Assembly (NCBI GenBank): GCA_043228905.1
Contig: JBHGNT010000004.1
Coordinates: forward strand, 9,548,001 to 9,612,000
From: Azolla caroliniana
Lineage: Eukaryota > Plantae > Polypodiophyta
Length of the DNA stretch: 64,000 nt
Direction of reading: 5' to 3'
Below the pieces are notes generated by a model. That model was not told the origin of the DNA, ran no database searches, and was given only the letters and a program-made list of their open reading frames with translations. Both the position numbers and the translations under genes were made by a program. Numbering within the stretch: the first letter of the stretch is position 1; each line of letters starts with the position of its first letter. Below are positions 1-12,300 of the stretch, in pieces.

Positions 1-1751
1 TACCAATGGCATTCTTTCCTTTTGGCAATTCACACAACTCCCAAGTAGCATTCTTATATATGGAATCCATTTCTGATAGCATAGCACTCATCCAATGTGG
101 ATCATCACATGCATCTTCAAAAGTAAGTGGCTCCTCGTTACATGCTGTTGCAACAAGAGAATAATCCACAAAATTACTAGATGCATGGCGAGAGCTTGAT
201 CTTGTTCTACCAAGTACTACCATGTAAAGGTGCACTCAATTTGTTGCCTTGCAAAGTTTTTTCCCACCACTTTGGCATTGTTTGTGCACTCTTGATAGAC
301 ATGCGCTCATTATGTAATACATCTTCAATATGTACATCATGCATGGGCTGAATTTCATGCTCATTTTCAGCCATGTTTGGCTGGACATTTCTTGCATTTT
401 TAGCACTTATTTGCTGGAAATTTTCAGCCCTTTGAAGCTCACTTAGCTAGTCTACATGTCCATAGTCAACCACACCACTTTGGAACAAAGGCATGACGTA
501 TCAAACACATCTTGTGAGCTAATTGTTGGCTGTTTTTTGCATTCAAGAAAAGGGAAAGCTCAATTTTCAGCAAATACCACATCTCGACTCACAATAATTG
601 TGTCCGTCAATAGATGGTACAAACGATATCCCTTACTTTCAGTGCTATAACAAACAAATATGCATTTCTTTGCCTTGTCATCAAGTTTGTGACGTTGTTG
701 TGATGGCACAAGAGCATATGCCAAATGACTAGACACACACATATGACTGACAATAGCTTTATGTCCATTCCAAGCCTCATAAGGAGTAATGATTCTCAAT
801 GCTTTTGTAGGGCAACGATTCAACACATAATTTGCACACATAATTGCTTCCATCCAAAACTTGTTAGGAAGATGCTTTCCTTTAACCATCCATCATGCCA
901 TCTCCAAGAGTGTTCTATTTTTGTGCTCTGCAACACCATTTTGCTGAGGTGTATATGACATAGTACATTGATGTGAAATAACTCTTTCACAAAGAAAAGC
1001 ATTAAACTCTTATGACATGTATTCACCGCCATGATTCGTGCGTAGAGTCAAGAGCTTATTTCCAGAAACATTTTCAGCCATAGCTAAAAATGATTTGAAG
1101 CAAGAAAATACCTCATTCTTTGGTTTCATAGGATGCATCCATGTATGCCGAGTAGCATCATCAATGAAGGTAACAAAATATACATGCTTTCCAAAAGATG
1201 GAGTCTTCACGGAACCACACACATCACTATGAACAACCTGTAATTTTCTTGTAGTGTGTGTAGTCATCTTTTGGAAAAGAAGCACGATGCATTTTTCCAA
1301 GAATGCAACCTTCACATGCATGCTTTTCAATGGACTCAAGTGTAGGCAACCCAAAAACCATATCCTTCGATTGCAAGTGGAGCAAACTATTGAAGTTCAA
1401 GTGACCAAAATGAGTATGCCAAAAGCTCCATTTCAGCCATGGAAGAAGTATGGACCACCAAGGCATTTAGGGCCGCCCTCTTGTATGTATCCAAGCGATA
1501 TAAGAAATTGCATAATGTACTAGACATCACGATAACATCACCATCGCTGAAACCATGAACCATACACTTATCATCAACAAAATGTATATGAAGTCCAACT
1601 TTTGCAATCAAAGGAACCAAAATTAAGTTCTTCTTGATACCGGCCACATACAATACATTCTTCAAGATGACAACACCTCCATTAGCAATCGTACGCTCAA
1701 TTTCTCCTACTCGAATGACATGATAAGAGGCATTGTTTGCATGCACCACAT
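1..1751 (-). mobile_element. Ty1/Copia pol fragment (protease end, GAG-pre-integrase, integrase, RT start); degenerate, runs off the left edge
   Basis: ORF fragments LKNVLYVAGIKKNLI, WHTHFGHLN..CEGCILGK, VHSDVCG..VTFIDD, KLDDKAKKCIFV..SRDVVF; frameshifts; cut at 1751 by the next LTR. Confidence 0.9.
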
Positions 1752-2245
1752 TGTTGAGCGGGACAAGCTGAACATGATCTAAATCAACTAAATAAGCAAG
1801 AGCTAGATCGTAAACCGGAACGAAGAATCGGATCAGTGTCTGGATAGGTATCTGGAACGAAGAGCCGGAGTGGCATCCGGAATCAAGAGCCGCATCGGTA
1901 TCCGGAGTAGGGAACCGGATCAGTATCCTGCTCAATGTGTAATCGGTAGGCCGTTAGAGGCCTATGGTCCTAACATATTAGATAGACATATTTTTTGGGA
2001 GTTTGTGCCATCGCTCATTTATGAGCATTGAAGTACATGTCAGTACTTCTGTCAGTTCATTTAAGGACTTGAATAAAAGTGCTCACAGAGGACATTGTAT
2101 GTACAAAGTATTTTTTGAATATGTAGTTTCTGTGTGTTCTAGTCTCTCTATCTCCCTTGCATACTCTATGTGTGTTTCAAGCTTTCTATTAAACGTGCAT
2201 AATATATATTTCTGTTGCTATCCGACGAAGTCGGTTGTGTCTATA
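1752..2245 (+). repeat. Copia 5' LTR
   Basis: Shares blocks with the LTRs at 18601 and 44221 (gaggccgtt, gctcatttatgagca, taaaagtgctcac); followed by a PBS. Confidence 0.8.
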
Positions 2246-3227
2246 TGGTAACTGAGCGCAAGGGTTGAGAATCCCCTGCTGCCGACCGAAAGAGCTTAGG
2301 CAAACCAATACTTAGCTTCCGGTAAAGATTCTACTAAAGAGTTGAAAGAAAGAAGCAAAGAATGGATAGAAGCATGGTAAGCTTGCTTCCTACAGAAAAG
2401 CTCGACCGGAGCAACTATGCATCTTGGTCATACAAGATGCACTAGTACCTGTTGGGACACGGCTACTAGCAAATGAAGCAGCACTAGAGCCGACACAAGT
2501 AGTGAGCAGAGTGTTGTACTGCCTCATGTCTTGTGTGTACAATCAAATGCTCGGCTATATCAAAGATGAGAAAATGAAGAAGGAAGCTTGGGAAAATCTT
2601 AAAAAGATTTTCGCCGCTAGTACCACGGCCCAGAAGTTGAGCTCAACAACATCCAGCAAAGGGACATGTTGGTTACAGATTACACCACCAAGGTAAAGGA
2701 GATCTATGATGCTTTGGGGTCCATCAATGTGACGGTGGACAAAGATGAAATGGTACAGATTTGTCTCTGTGGTCTAGCGCAAAAGTACGGGCCAATCCGA
2801 ACAATGATATCCTCCCGGGAGAAGTCAATGTCCTTCTTCTACTTACAATTGATGCTAATGGTCGAAGAAAACCACGCGAGTGGATCGAAGACGACTCAAT
2901 TGGACAACTGAATGTTGTACATAGGGGTGAATTGGCCTCGTGGGCGTGGGGGGGGCGAGGTGGATCAACAATGGTGACGACCGACAAGAGCAAGCAATGA
3001 GGCATAACCGACATGCCGACAACAGTTCCCGACCCTCCACGAGTAGGGGGAGTCAAGGTGGGTCAAGTTGGCGCTGAAAACCGGTAATCAAAGGTTGACA
3101 CGGAACGTTGGTACTGTGGCAAGGAAGGCCACAAGGAGAGAGAGTGCGGGAAGAAATGTGCCAATTCAGAAAAATCCAGATCCTGCAAGGTCTAGCAAGG
3201 GATCCGACAAAGGTCGCACTATGCCGA
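1752..3227 (+). mobile_element. Truncated Ty1/Copia (5' LTR, PBS, gag), related to the Copia elements at 18601 and 44221
   Basis: LTR starts TGTTGAG at 1752; degenerate Met PBS TGGTAACTGAGCG at 2246-2258; gag starts ATGGATAGAAGCATG at ~2362 (LPTEKLDRSNY motif); zinc-knuckle region ~3105-3150. Confidence 0.85.
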
Positions 3228-4789
3228 TGTCGTATAGTGAGGCGACCGACTGGTGCCACCGCGATTCTGCACTTGCCTCAATTACAACCAAGCATCCTGA
3301 CTTGGTTCAATGACCCAACACTCCTTGGAGGTCCACTTGATTTGACTCATTGGAATTGATTTACATTCTAGACTCAAGTTTCTTTAGTATTATTGTTATT
3401 AGGGATTTATATCCAAACCATGTAATATATTGTATGCGCACCATATAATGCACATGCAAAGCTTCTCTACATGTGTGCCACATGGCCAACATGCTTTTAT
3501 ATAACGTACATGCACATGCTTCTCTAGGGGTGTACCACATGGAAATATGTAAAATCATCCATTTAGTATAAGAGGGAGAGGATTATTATCATGAGGGGGA
3601 ACAATCAAAGAGTCATATTTTGTAACAGTTTTTTTTTTCCTTCTCGAAGAAATAGAGATTTTCTATTTGGCATTCTTTCTTCTTCCGTGTTTGAGGGTTA
3701 GTTGTGTAGGGTGTTTTATTCATAACTCTCAATTTTGATGTTTGTTTTCAACTGTCTATACTCGTTGGAAAGCTTATTCCAAGGGCTTTCGAACTTGTGT
3801 TATATCAGTGAAACGATACAAGGTTTTTTGTCTTCATGGGTAGGTTTTTTGTTCTTCCTATCATAGAAGAGCTTTAGACGCAAGATGTCGATTGGGAGGC
3901 ATTTTGTCATGATCTACTTCGTGTTTTCAATTATGCTGATTCCACCAAGATGACCTAACGTGCATTTGAAGCTTGGGTGGGATCAGACAAGAAGCATGGG
4001 TCAGTTCTAAATACCCTTGTTGATTTTGAAGCAAAGTTTCGACAACTCTCAGTTCGGGAGCAAACTTTGCTTGAACTAGAGAAGATGGTTTTCTTCCTTC
4101 GCTCAGTTCCCTATGTGGATATGGTAGAGCTAGGGAAACTTATGGAATCAGGTTAGTTAGAAACAAGTTGGGAGGAGGATTGGAGCTGAATTCGGTCCAT
4201 CTATCTTTGATATGAGAAAAGATGGACATGACTGGACTCGAAGGGACTTGGAAATGTTACTCTGACCTCCTCTCTAAGTAAAAAGGAACAGGGATCTAGG
4301 TATTTATGAAAAAAACACAACCAAGTGACGTGGATAAGCGGGTGTACCTATTCATGGAGTGGAAGATTTCTTCCATGTCGAAGGTGCAACATCAGCCACA
4401 AGTGCAACAAACTCTTCCGACTAGGGATTTTCGATGCTTATGGTGTGACAGATTGGAGCATTGAAGATCAGAGTGTGTGGAGCATTTGGAGGCTATGCAA
4501 AAGAACCTCATATTCTACAAGGATCGGTTGATCCACTGATCTGTGACTCGACAACCACTGAAGACAAATTTTGGGCGAGGAGGAATGAAAAAGCTCTTGG
4601 AGGAAGAAGAGCTTTGATATGCACAAGCTATTTTCCATTCTACTTCAACCGTAGGTTGACTAATTGAAATGCCAAAGCAAGAACCAACTATTCAGACTAT
4701 TTGCATTGAAGATGGTTGTCAAAGGACTGACTGGAGTGATCCAACTATTCCCACTGATTATGATGTGATGGTAGAGGAGAAGAGGAGAC
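3228..4789 (+). mobile_element. Degenerate Ty3/Gypsy fragment (probable LTR ~3228-3818 plus gag), related to the Trp-primed family
   Basis: Starts TGTCGT where the Copia gag breaks; ~3836-4240 translates with stops to RAFEAWV..DFEAKFRQLS..FFLRSV..ELGKLME, matching gag at 14197-14913; DVMVEEKR just before 4790. Confidence 0.65.
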
Positions 4790-5170
4790 TGTCACGAGTA
4801 CAAGATATACACAAGAGAGTAGAAGATAATCAAAGGGATGAGTTGATTAATTGAAAGACTCCATAACTGGTGTTGTTCACCTTGATTATAATCTAGGTGA
4901 ACGCACATATTTATACAAGTTCTGAGATTGAATATCTCTAGAATATACCTAAGAAATATCTCTAGAATATACCCAAGAAATATCTCTAGAATATACTTGT
5001 CTAGAATATACCATAGAACATTTCTAGTATATACTAAACAATAGAATATTCTATATGCTCGACTATATAATATTAACCATATACTTTACATATAACTTAA
5101 AGGTTTCCAAAAGGTTTATCTAATACTAAGTATTGGGTGTGTTATAGGTTAGGGGTTCGAGTCTATGACA
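4790..5170 (-). repeat. Chromovirus 3' LTR (381 bp)
   Basis: TGTCACG...TATGACA termini; homologous to 16701-17020. Confidence 0.9.
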
Positions 5171-5184
5171 TTATCCCCCCTCCT

Positions 5185-8100
5185 ACGCCGCCTTCCCAAA
5201 CCCGTCGCCGGTTTATGGGGATATCGGAGATGAAAATCTTGAACCACCTCCGGGGAATTTCATAAATTCTTTGCGGGTTCCCACGTGGCATCAGACAAGG
5301 GGTAACCTTTCCACAAGACGAGGTATTGTAGGTGCTGACGGTGCAAACGTGAGTCAAGTATTTGGTTGACCTCGTATTCCTCGCCTGTCGTCAATTGCAC
5401 AGGTGGTGGTGGTGGTGGGGGCTTAGCGTCATGGGAATTGCAAACCATAATGGGGCTCGAGGAGGGAGACATGAAAAATATCATGAATCCGGAAATGGGA
5501 TGGAAGGGCCAACCGGAAGGCGACAAGATTGATGCGCTCAACTATATAGAATGGTCCCAACTTTTTGTAATCAAGTTTCTCAAATGGACGGGTAGTAGAG
5601 ATGTGTCGTCGTAACAACTAGACCATGTCGCCAACGACAAAGGGTGGAGTGCTCGAGCGATGGCAATCAACGTGTTTCTTGTATCGTTCACTAGCGAGAC
5701 AAAGCTCCAAGGATAAGTCATGATGTAGCTCTTCTAAAACGCGAGCTCCACCCTCTGCTGAAGGGTTCACAGAAGTGGTAGGGAGGGAAATGGTGAAGCG
5801 AGGATGTAAACCATAGTTTGCAAAGAACGAAGTGATGCCAATTGATGCATGGACAAAATTATTGTAGTCGAATTCTGCGAGTGAAAGCAAGTTGACCCAA
5901 TCATCTTGTTGGTAACTAACTGAGCACCGAATTTATTACTCAAGGATTTGGTTGACGCTCTACATCTGACCGTCAGTCTAAGGGTGATAAGCGGAGGACA
6001 ACTTGACGGAGATGCCTAAAGTTTGTAGCAGGCACTGTCAGAAGTGAGAGACAAATTGGGGTCCACGATCAGAGATGGCATCGTCGGGGAGGCCATGCAA
6101 ATGAACCACATGATTGAGGAGTAGATGTGTCATTCCTTCTTCGGAAATGGTTTTTGAGCATGGAGTGAAGTGAGCCATCTTTGTAAACCGATCAACAACA
6201 ACCAACACTGATGCATAGCTATTGACCAAGGGTAGATCGGTTATGAGGTCCATAGAGATAGAGTCCTAGGGGCGACTAGGATATGGAAGCGGCTGGAGTA
6301 AGCCATATGGCCGATGATGAGCAACTTTGGAGCGAGCGCAAACCTCACAAATCTTGATGTATTATTTGACCAAATTCCATGGTTGTGGCGACCAATACCC
6401 TCGAGAGATTAGTTCGAAGGTTTTTGCAACTCCGAAGTGCCCTACAAGGGGGTCATCGTGGCATTCCCGCAACACTCTGGTGCGACACAGGCCCTCCGGG
6501 ACGTATAAAAGATGATCGCGGAATAACAAACCATATTGTATGGTGAAGTGGTCAAGGTCCGTCCTTCTCGGTGTCTTGGAGGGATTTTGTAGACTATTTC
6601 GAATGTTGTTGGCAAATGCATCAGTCGTGGATGCATCAGTAATCTGTTGGAGTAATGAACCATCTTGCAACATACAAGTGGCAGAAAGATGCAATTGGTG
6701 GGGTTTCAGCAAACAACGAGATTGTTGAGCATGAGCGGCATCCCCAGGGCGGATGGCAAATTCGGGTCGACGAGAAAGAGCATCGGCCATCCCATGTTGG
6801 CCACCAGGTCGAAATACAATCTCAAAATCATAGTCGGCGAGAAATGTCGATCAACGAGCCTGCCTTCGATTCAAAGTACGAGTAATGGAAAAATAAATTA
6901 AATTCTTATGATCAGTCACTACCTGGACATGGTGTTGTGCTCCGGCCAAATAGGGGTGCCATTCTTCAAAGGAGGCAATGATAACAGCAAGCTCCTTTTC
7001 GTATATTGGATAATTTATTTTGGATGCCGTGAATTTACAACAGTAGTAAGCCACCGGGTGCATTATGTTGGCGTAATCAACCTGGGATAAAATGATGCCA
7101 ATGACGAAGTCAAAGGCATCAATTTCGACATGGAAGGGTCATGTGGGGTCAGCATGTAGGAGCACAGGGGCAGTGGTGAATGTGTGTTTGAGAGAGTCAG
7201 ACGCATTTTATGCCGCCAAGGTCCATAGAAAGGGAGTACCTTTGTGCGTGAGGGCGATAAGAGGATGGGCTAGAGTGGAAAACCCCTGGATGAAGTGATG
7301 GTAAAAATTGGCGAAGCCGAGGAAGGATTGTACATCTTTAAGTCAAGTTGGAGTCACCCACTCTCGAATGACCCCGAATGACGGAAACCTTCTTCATATC
7401 CATTGTGATGCCATTGGGCGAGATGATGTAGCCCAAGAATTCAATCGAGGTATGGTCAAACTCGCATTTCTCACTTTTGGCATAAAGGCCGTGCTCCCAA
7501 AGTTTTGCAAGAACTAATTGGACTTGATGGGTGTGCTCTGCCATGTTTGGCGAGAAAATGAGAATATCATCCAGGTAGATAACCACAAAATGATCGAGAT
7601 ATTCCTGAAATATATCGTTCATCATATGTTGAAAAACAATTGGGGCATTAGTAAGACCGAAAGGCATTACCTTATATTCGAAATGCCCATATCGTGTTTG
7701 TAAGGCGGTTTTCCATTCATCATCAGGCTTGACGCGGACCAAATTGTACACACCACGCAGATAAACTTTCGAGAAGACACGCATAGCGCGGAATCGGTCG
7801 AGGAGTTCGGGGATCAGATAACGGTTGTGCACAGTGAGTTTGTTTAGACCCCAAATAGTCTACACATAAGCGTAGAGAGCCGTCCTTCTTCTTCATGAAT
7901 AATATGGGGGCCCCGACCAACGACTTAGAAGGTTGAATAAATGTTTTCGCGAGGTTCTCATCGAGATACACTCAAAGGGACTTTAGCTCTCCTACAGACA
8001 ATGCATATAGAGAACCAAAGGGTGGTGGACACACGCCTTCTTGAAGATCGATGGGATAGTCGTAGAGCCGGTGTTCAGGCAAACGATCTGCATTACGTTT

Positions 8101-8672
8101 CTCAAATACATTGGAGAAGTCTTTATACTTGTCAGGAATAGCGTGCAGTGTGTTAGAAGTAGCTCCACAAATGGCGAGTGGGTGATGAACTAAGGGTGGA
8201 GTAGCCGAGTCGGGATCAACTGTCTCCGAAGGATGTGAAATGGAATTGGCCTTCATAGTTGTGCGCGAGCATCCTGGCTCATTAAATGTGATTGAGCGAT
8301 TGCACCAATCCACTATTGGATTGTGCCACGATAGTCCTAAGATGATCGCATGCCGAGAGGATGCGATGAGGTTAAAGGGGAGCTCCTCCTAGTGGGAGCC
8401 CACACGAAGCCCTAATGGGATTGTAATCTTGGTAATTGCTCTTGATGAGAGGACACACCCATCAATGGCTTCAATAGGAATGGGTTTTGAGAGGCATACG
8501 GCGGGGCGGGTAACTCATGTGCTTGGGTGAATGCGACATCGATGAGGCAAGAAGACGCTCTAGAATTAAGTAAAGTGAGAGACTGAATGGAACTGGAATT
8601 AAAAGAAGGCATACCTCCAATGTGAAATTGCCTGATGTTCTAGCAATGGAACCACGAAAATGTGGATGACGG
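5185..8672 (-). pseudogene. Chromovirus pol (PR, RT, RNase H, integrase, chromodomain at ~5260-5385), with frameshifts and stops
   Basis: VMPFGLTNAP, IYLDDILIFS, YPIYEKEL, ADALSR, GHFGVAKT, VVVDRFTKMAHF, ISDRGPQF, EYEVNQILDSR..YLVLWKGYPLSDATWEP. Confidence 0.92.
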
Positions 8673-9287
8673 TGTCACGTTATTAAGCGCGTGCGTGGAG
8701 AACGAGTCGGGACCACGGGGGCCTTGGACCGAGAAATAACCGAACGAGAAGAGGGGAAGGAAACTACCAATATACTCCGCACGCACACAGACACACAGAT
8801 TCATAGGAGTTGCAACTAACTCCAAACAATGGAGATAGAATGAATGTATGCGTATATACATATATATAAAGGGGTTACAACTAGCAAACCGACGAGTGAT
8901 AGGGCGTTCCGCGGAGCAAAGTCAGCCTCCCGAAACCTGCATAGAACGACTATGGAGAAGAGAGAGGAGAAGAGCTCGGTTCCCGTCCGGCAATACTTCC
9001 TCGTCCCCAAAACGTGATACCCCCCCCCCCCATTTTACAATACCTCTCCCTCTTTTATAGCCCAAGGAGGGAGGCCGTTACCACCCATTACATCATGTTT
9101 ATTCCTTGTCCTTTCGGATAGGGATACGCCTCGATTTTCTCCCTAATGAATGCGTGCTACCTAGAATTTCACCTCAGTTGACTTGTACCTATCTACGTAC
9201 TATACAACAAAACCTGTGCCCACGTGAAAGGGCCGGTTTACGCATGTTATACCCGGTTTCCGCCTAGGGACGATTTTCTCTGAGACA
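8673..9287 (-). repeat. 3' LTR of the Trp-primed Gypsy
   Basis: TGTCACG...GAGACA; homologous to 14931-15592, with an internal indel. Confidence 0.9.
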
Positions 9288-9345
9288 TCCGCCGCACCGG
9301 TATGCACCAAAATTAGACTTCTTGCCGGAGAAGTCCGGCCCACGC

Positions 9346-12300
9346 TTATCCTTTGTCTTCCGGATCGACATCCATTCTGAGCCGGTCGTTGTCGTCATCC
9401 AAGTTGTCTAGGTCCGGTTCAGCCTTGTGCCGCTTTTTGAATGCTTTGATCCTTTTCCCCGCCACCGGTACCACCATCCTTGTCTCGTCGAGCTCCACGA
9501 GATGGTAGGTCCCATTGTCGTTGGCGCTTGTCACCACATAAGGCCCCACCTTCTTGCAAACTTACACACCGCCTTGTGCTGATTGTCGAGGTTGCTGTCG
9601 TACACCAGCACCCAGTCACCTTCCTCGATCTTCCTCGGCCTCAGTCGGTGAGTCCAGTCAAACCGTCCTTTGTTCTTTACCCTCGCCACCCGTAGCTTCT
9701 CTGCGCCTCGGTTCACGTCCTCCGGTCTTTGCTCCAGCTACTGAATCCGTGCCCTAACAGCTCCTCCCAGCTCATCTCAGCTTTCCAGTCCACCGTGGCC
9801 GATGAGGAGATTGTTTGCTCCATTGGTATGATCGGCTTCTGCTCGTACATTAGCTCTACCGACATGAACCCGGTTACCGGCGTAGTTCGGTCCGCCCACA
9901 ACGCATAGGGTAAGAGCCGCGGCCAGTTCCCGACTTGGCCTCCACATGCCCGTACTAACGCTTTGACGATCGGCCCGTGTCCGCGTTCCACCTTCCCGTT
10001 AGCCTCCAGATTGTACACTGTGGTGAGCGAGAGTTTAATCCCTAGCCAGTCAAACAGCTCTTCCGCCTCTTGCGCGTCCAATTCTCCGAGGTCGGCCACG
10101 ATCTTACCTTCGCACCCGTACCGGCATACCACTTCTTCGATCAGAAATTGACACACGACCGCGGTCGTTTTGTTTTGCAATGCTCAACCTTCCACCTGGT
10201 TCATCAGGTCCTCCCGAGCCAGCACCAGATACCGCATCTGCCCTACCCCCATCGACATCGTCACCAGATCCACCAGCCACTTAAAGTAGACGGTCGGAGG
10301 GTAGGTCGGGTGAAGCTCGTCCCGATGTCGGACTATGGAGTGCACCTGACAGCTTTCGCAAGTCGTCACGAACCAATGCACGTCCCGGTATAGTCCCGGC
10401 CACTAGTACTTTCCCTTTAGCTTCTCGAATGTGGCCCACGTCCTGCGGTGTCCGGCCCAGGGACTCTCGTGGTATGCCGTCAACAATTCTTCCTGTTCCT
10501 CTTTCCTCGCCACCACTCGGAGCGGGATGTCGTTTCTCTTCTTCGGGTGCTTCCATATGCTCCCGTCCCGTAGGAAGAATCGGTACGCTTTCTTCCAAAT
10601 ACGGTTGGTCTCTTCCTTCGTCCACGCCGTGTCCGGTGTCATTGTCTTCAGGAATCCGCCGATCTGGAGCCACTCCCCGTCGTACTTACTCTCATCGAAT
10701 TCGTTAAGTGCCAGAGTGCTCCCCTTTCTTGTTGTTACGTAAGCCGCCTCGAAGAGGTCCACGCCGACTTCCTCGTCCTCCGAAACCATGCCGTCCTCAT
10801 CAACGAACCTCGCTCTCGAAAGCATGTCGGCCATGGCATTATCTTTTCCGGAAATGTCTCGTATTTCCGGATTCAGGGTCTTGATGTACGCGATCCACCT
10901 GAGCATTGCCGGGTCCGGAGTCGCGCAGCCGGAAACCGTACGTAGAATCGGTAGGCAGTCCGTCTCGATGATCACTTCCGTCCTGATCAGATAGTCCTTG
11001 TCGGCCTTGACTGCCGAAACGATACCCCATAGCTCGTGCTTTATTTGGGCGTACCCTCGCTGCCGCTCGCTCAATACCTTTGTCCCGAACCGGATCGGGA
11101 ACCGTACGTCGTCCTTGTCTTCCTAATTGATCACCCACCCGATCCCGGTCGGGCTCGTGTCCACCGTCACGTAAATCGGAGTGTCTTTGCCGTAGACCGC
11201 CTTTCGGAGGGCCGGTGCCACGGCAAGCGCCTCTGTCAGTCTCCGGACCAACTCCGTGTGCTCGTCTCTCCTCTCGAATTTACGCCCTTTCTTCAGCAAC
11301 TCGTAAAGTGGTTCCGCGACATGCCCGTAGTGCGGAATCTAGATGTGATAGAAAGCACATGCCTCCATAATCCTTCGGACCTCCGTGACCGACCCGCAAT
11401 CATCCTTCATCGTGGAGATGGCTTCTACCTTAGCTGGGGATGGCTTCCGGCCGTAAGGCCCGCACAGGTGTCCGATTACCAGGATCTTCGGCTGTCCGAA
11501 GGTTGAGTTTTCTCCGGAGAAGGTGAGCCGCGCGCTCTCGAGTCTTTGTAGCACCTTCTTGCAGTCGCGGATGTGATCCGTCACGAACTTCCGGCAACCG
11601 TCGGGCCCCACCGATTCGTCCTTGTCCTCAACCGGACATCCTTTGATCGGAATGTCATCTAGAAACGGGATGGTGATGTCCGGGATGCAGTCCCTCAACA
11701 CCTTGTTCATCGTATTCACCATGTGCGCCACCGAGTTCTCCCCCCTTGCGGTAGGGTACACATCCAAACTAGGCCAAGAGGAGTCCGCATCGTCGTGACA
11801 TCCTTGCTCTCTACGGCTAGTTGGAACTTCTCGTACCCTGAGTACAGATCCCCAACCGAGTAGATCGACCTCCCTGCGAAGGCCTCCGCAAACTCATCAA
11901 TGGTCGGTCCGATACCTGCGTTTCGAATGGTTACCTTGTTGACCGGCTGCAGGTCCTGTATGAAGTGCAGTGTGCCGTTCTTCTTCGGCACGGTAAACCA
12001 CCGATTCGAATATGGGGCACTCGATGGTTCGAGGATGCCCATCTCCACCTTCTGTTTCAGCAGCTCCATCAACTTCGGGATGTGAACTTTGGGTACCGGA
12101 ATCGGTTTGAGATTCCACAGCATATGCAGTATCGTGAAGATCACCATTGGTTCCACAACCGTCGGGTCTATACACCCGATCTCGTCCGGTGAGAATGCAA
12201 AAGCCTTCTCGTGCTTCCCGAGCATTCTCTGAAACTGGTCCTCTTCCACCGGCAGTAGAAAGCCACCCCCACCGATCTTGAGCTCCCGTAGCGTTATGTC

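Noticed and set aside
1387-1935. 182-aa ORF as a gene
   Set aside because: Chimera of antisense LTR sequence and the older Copia protease region across the 1751/1752 junction
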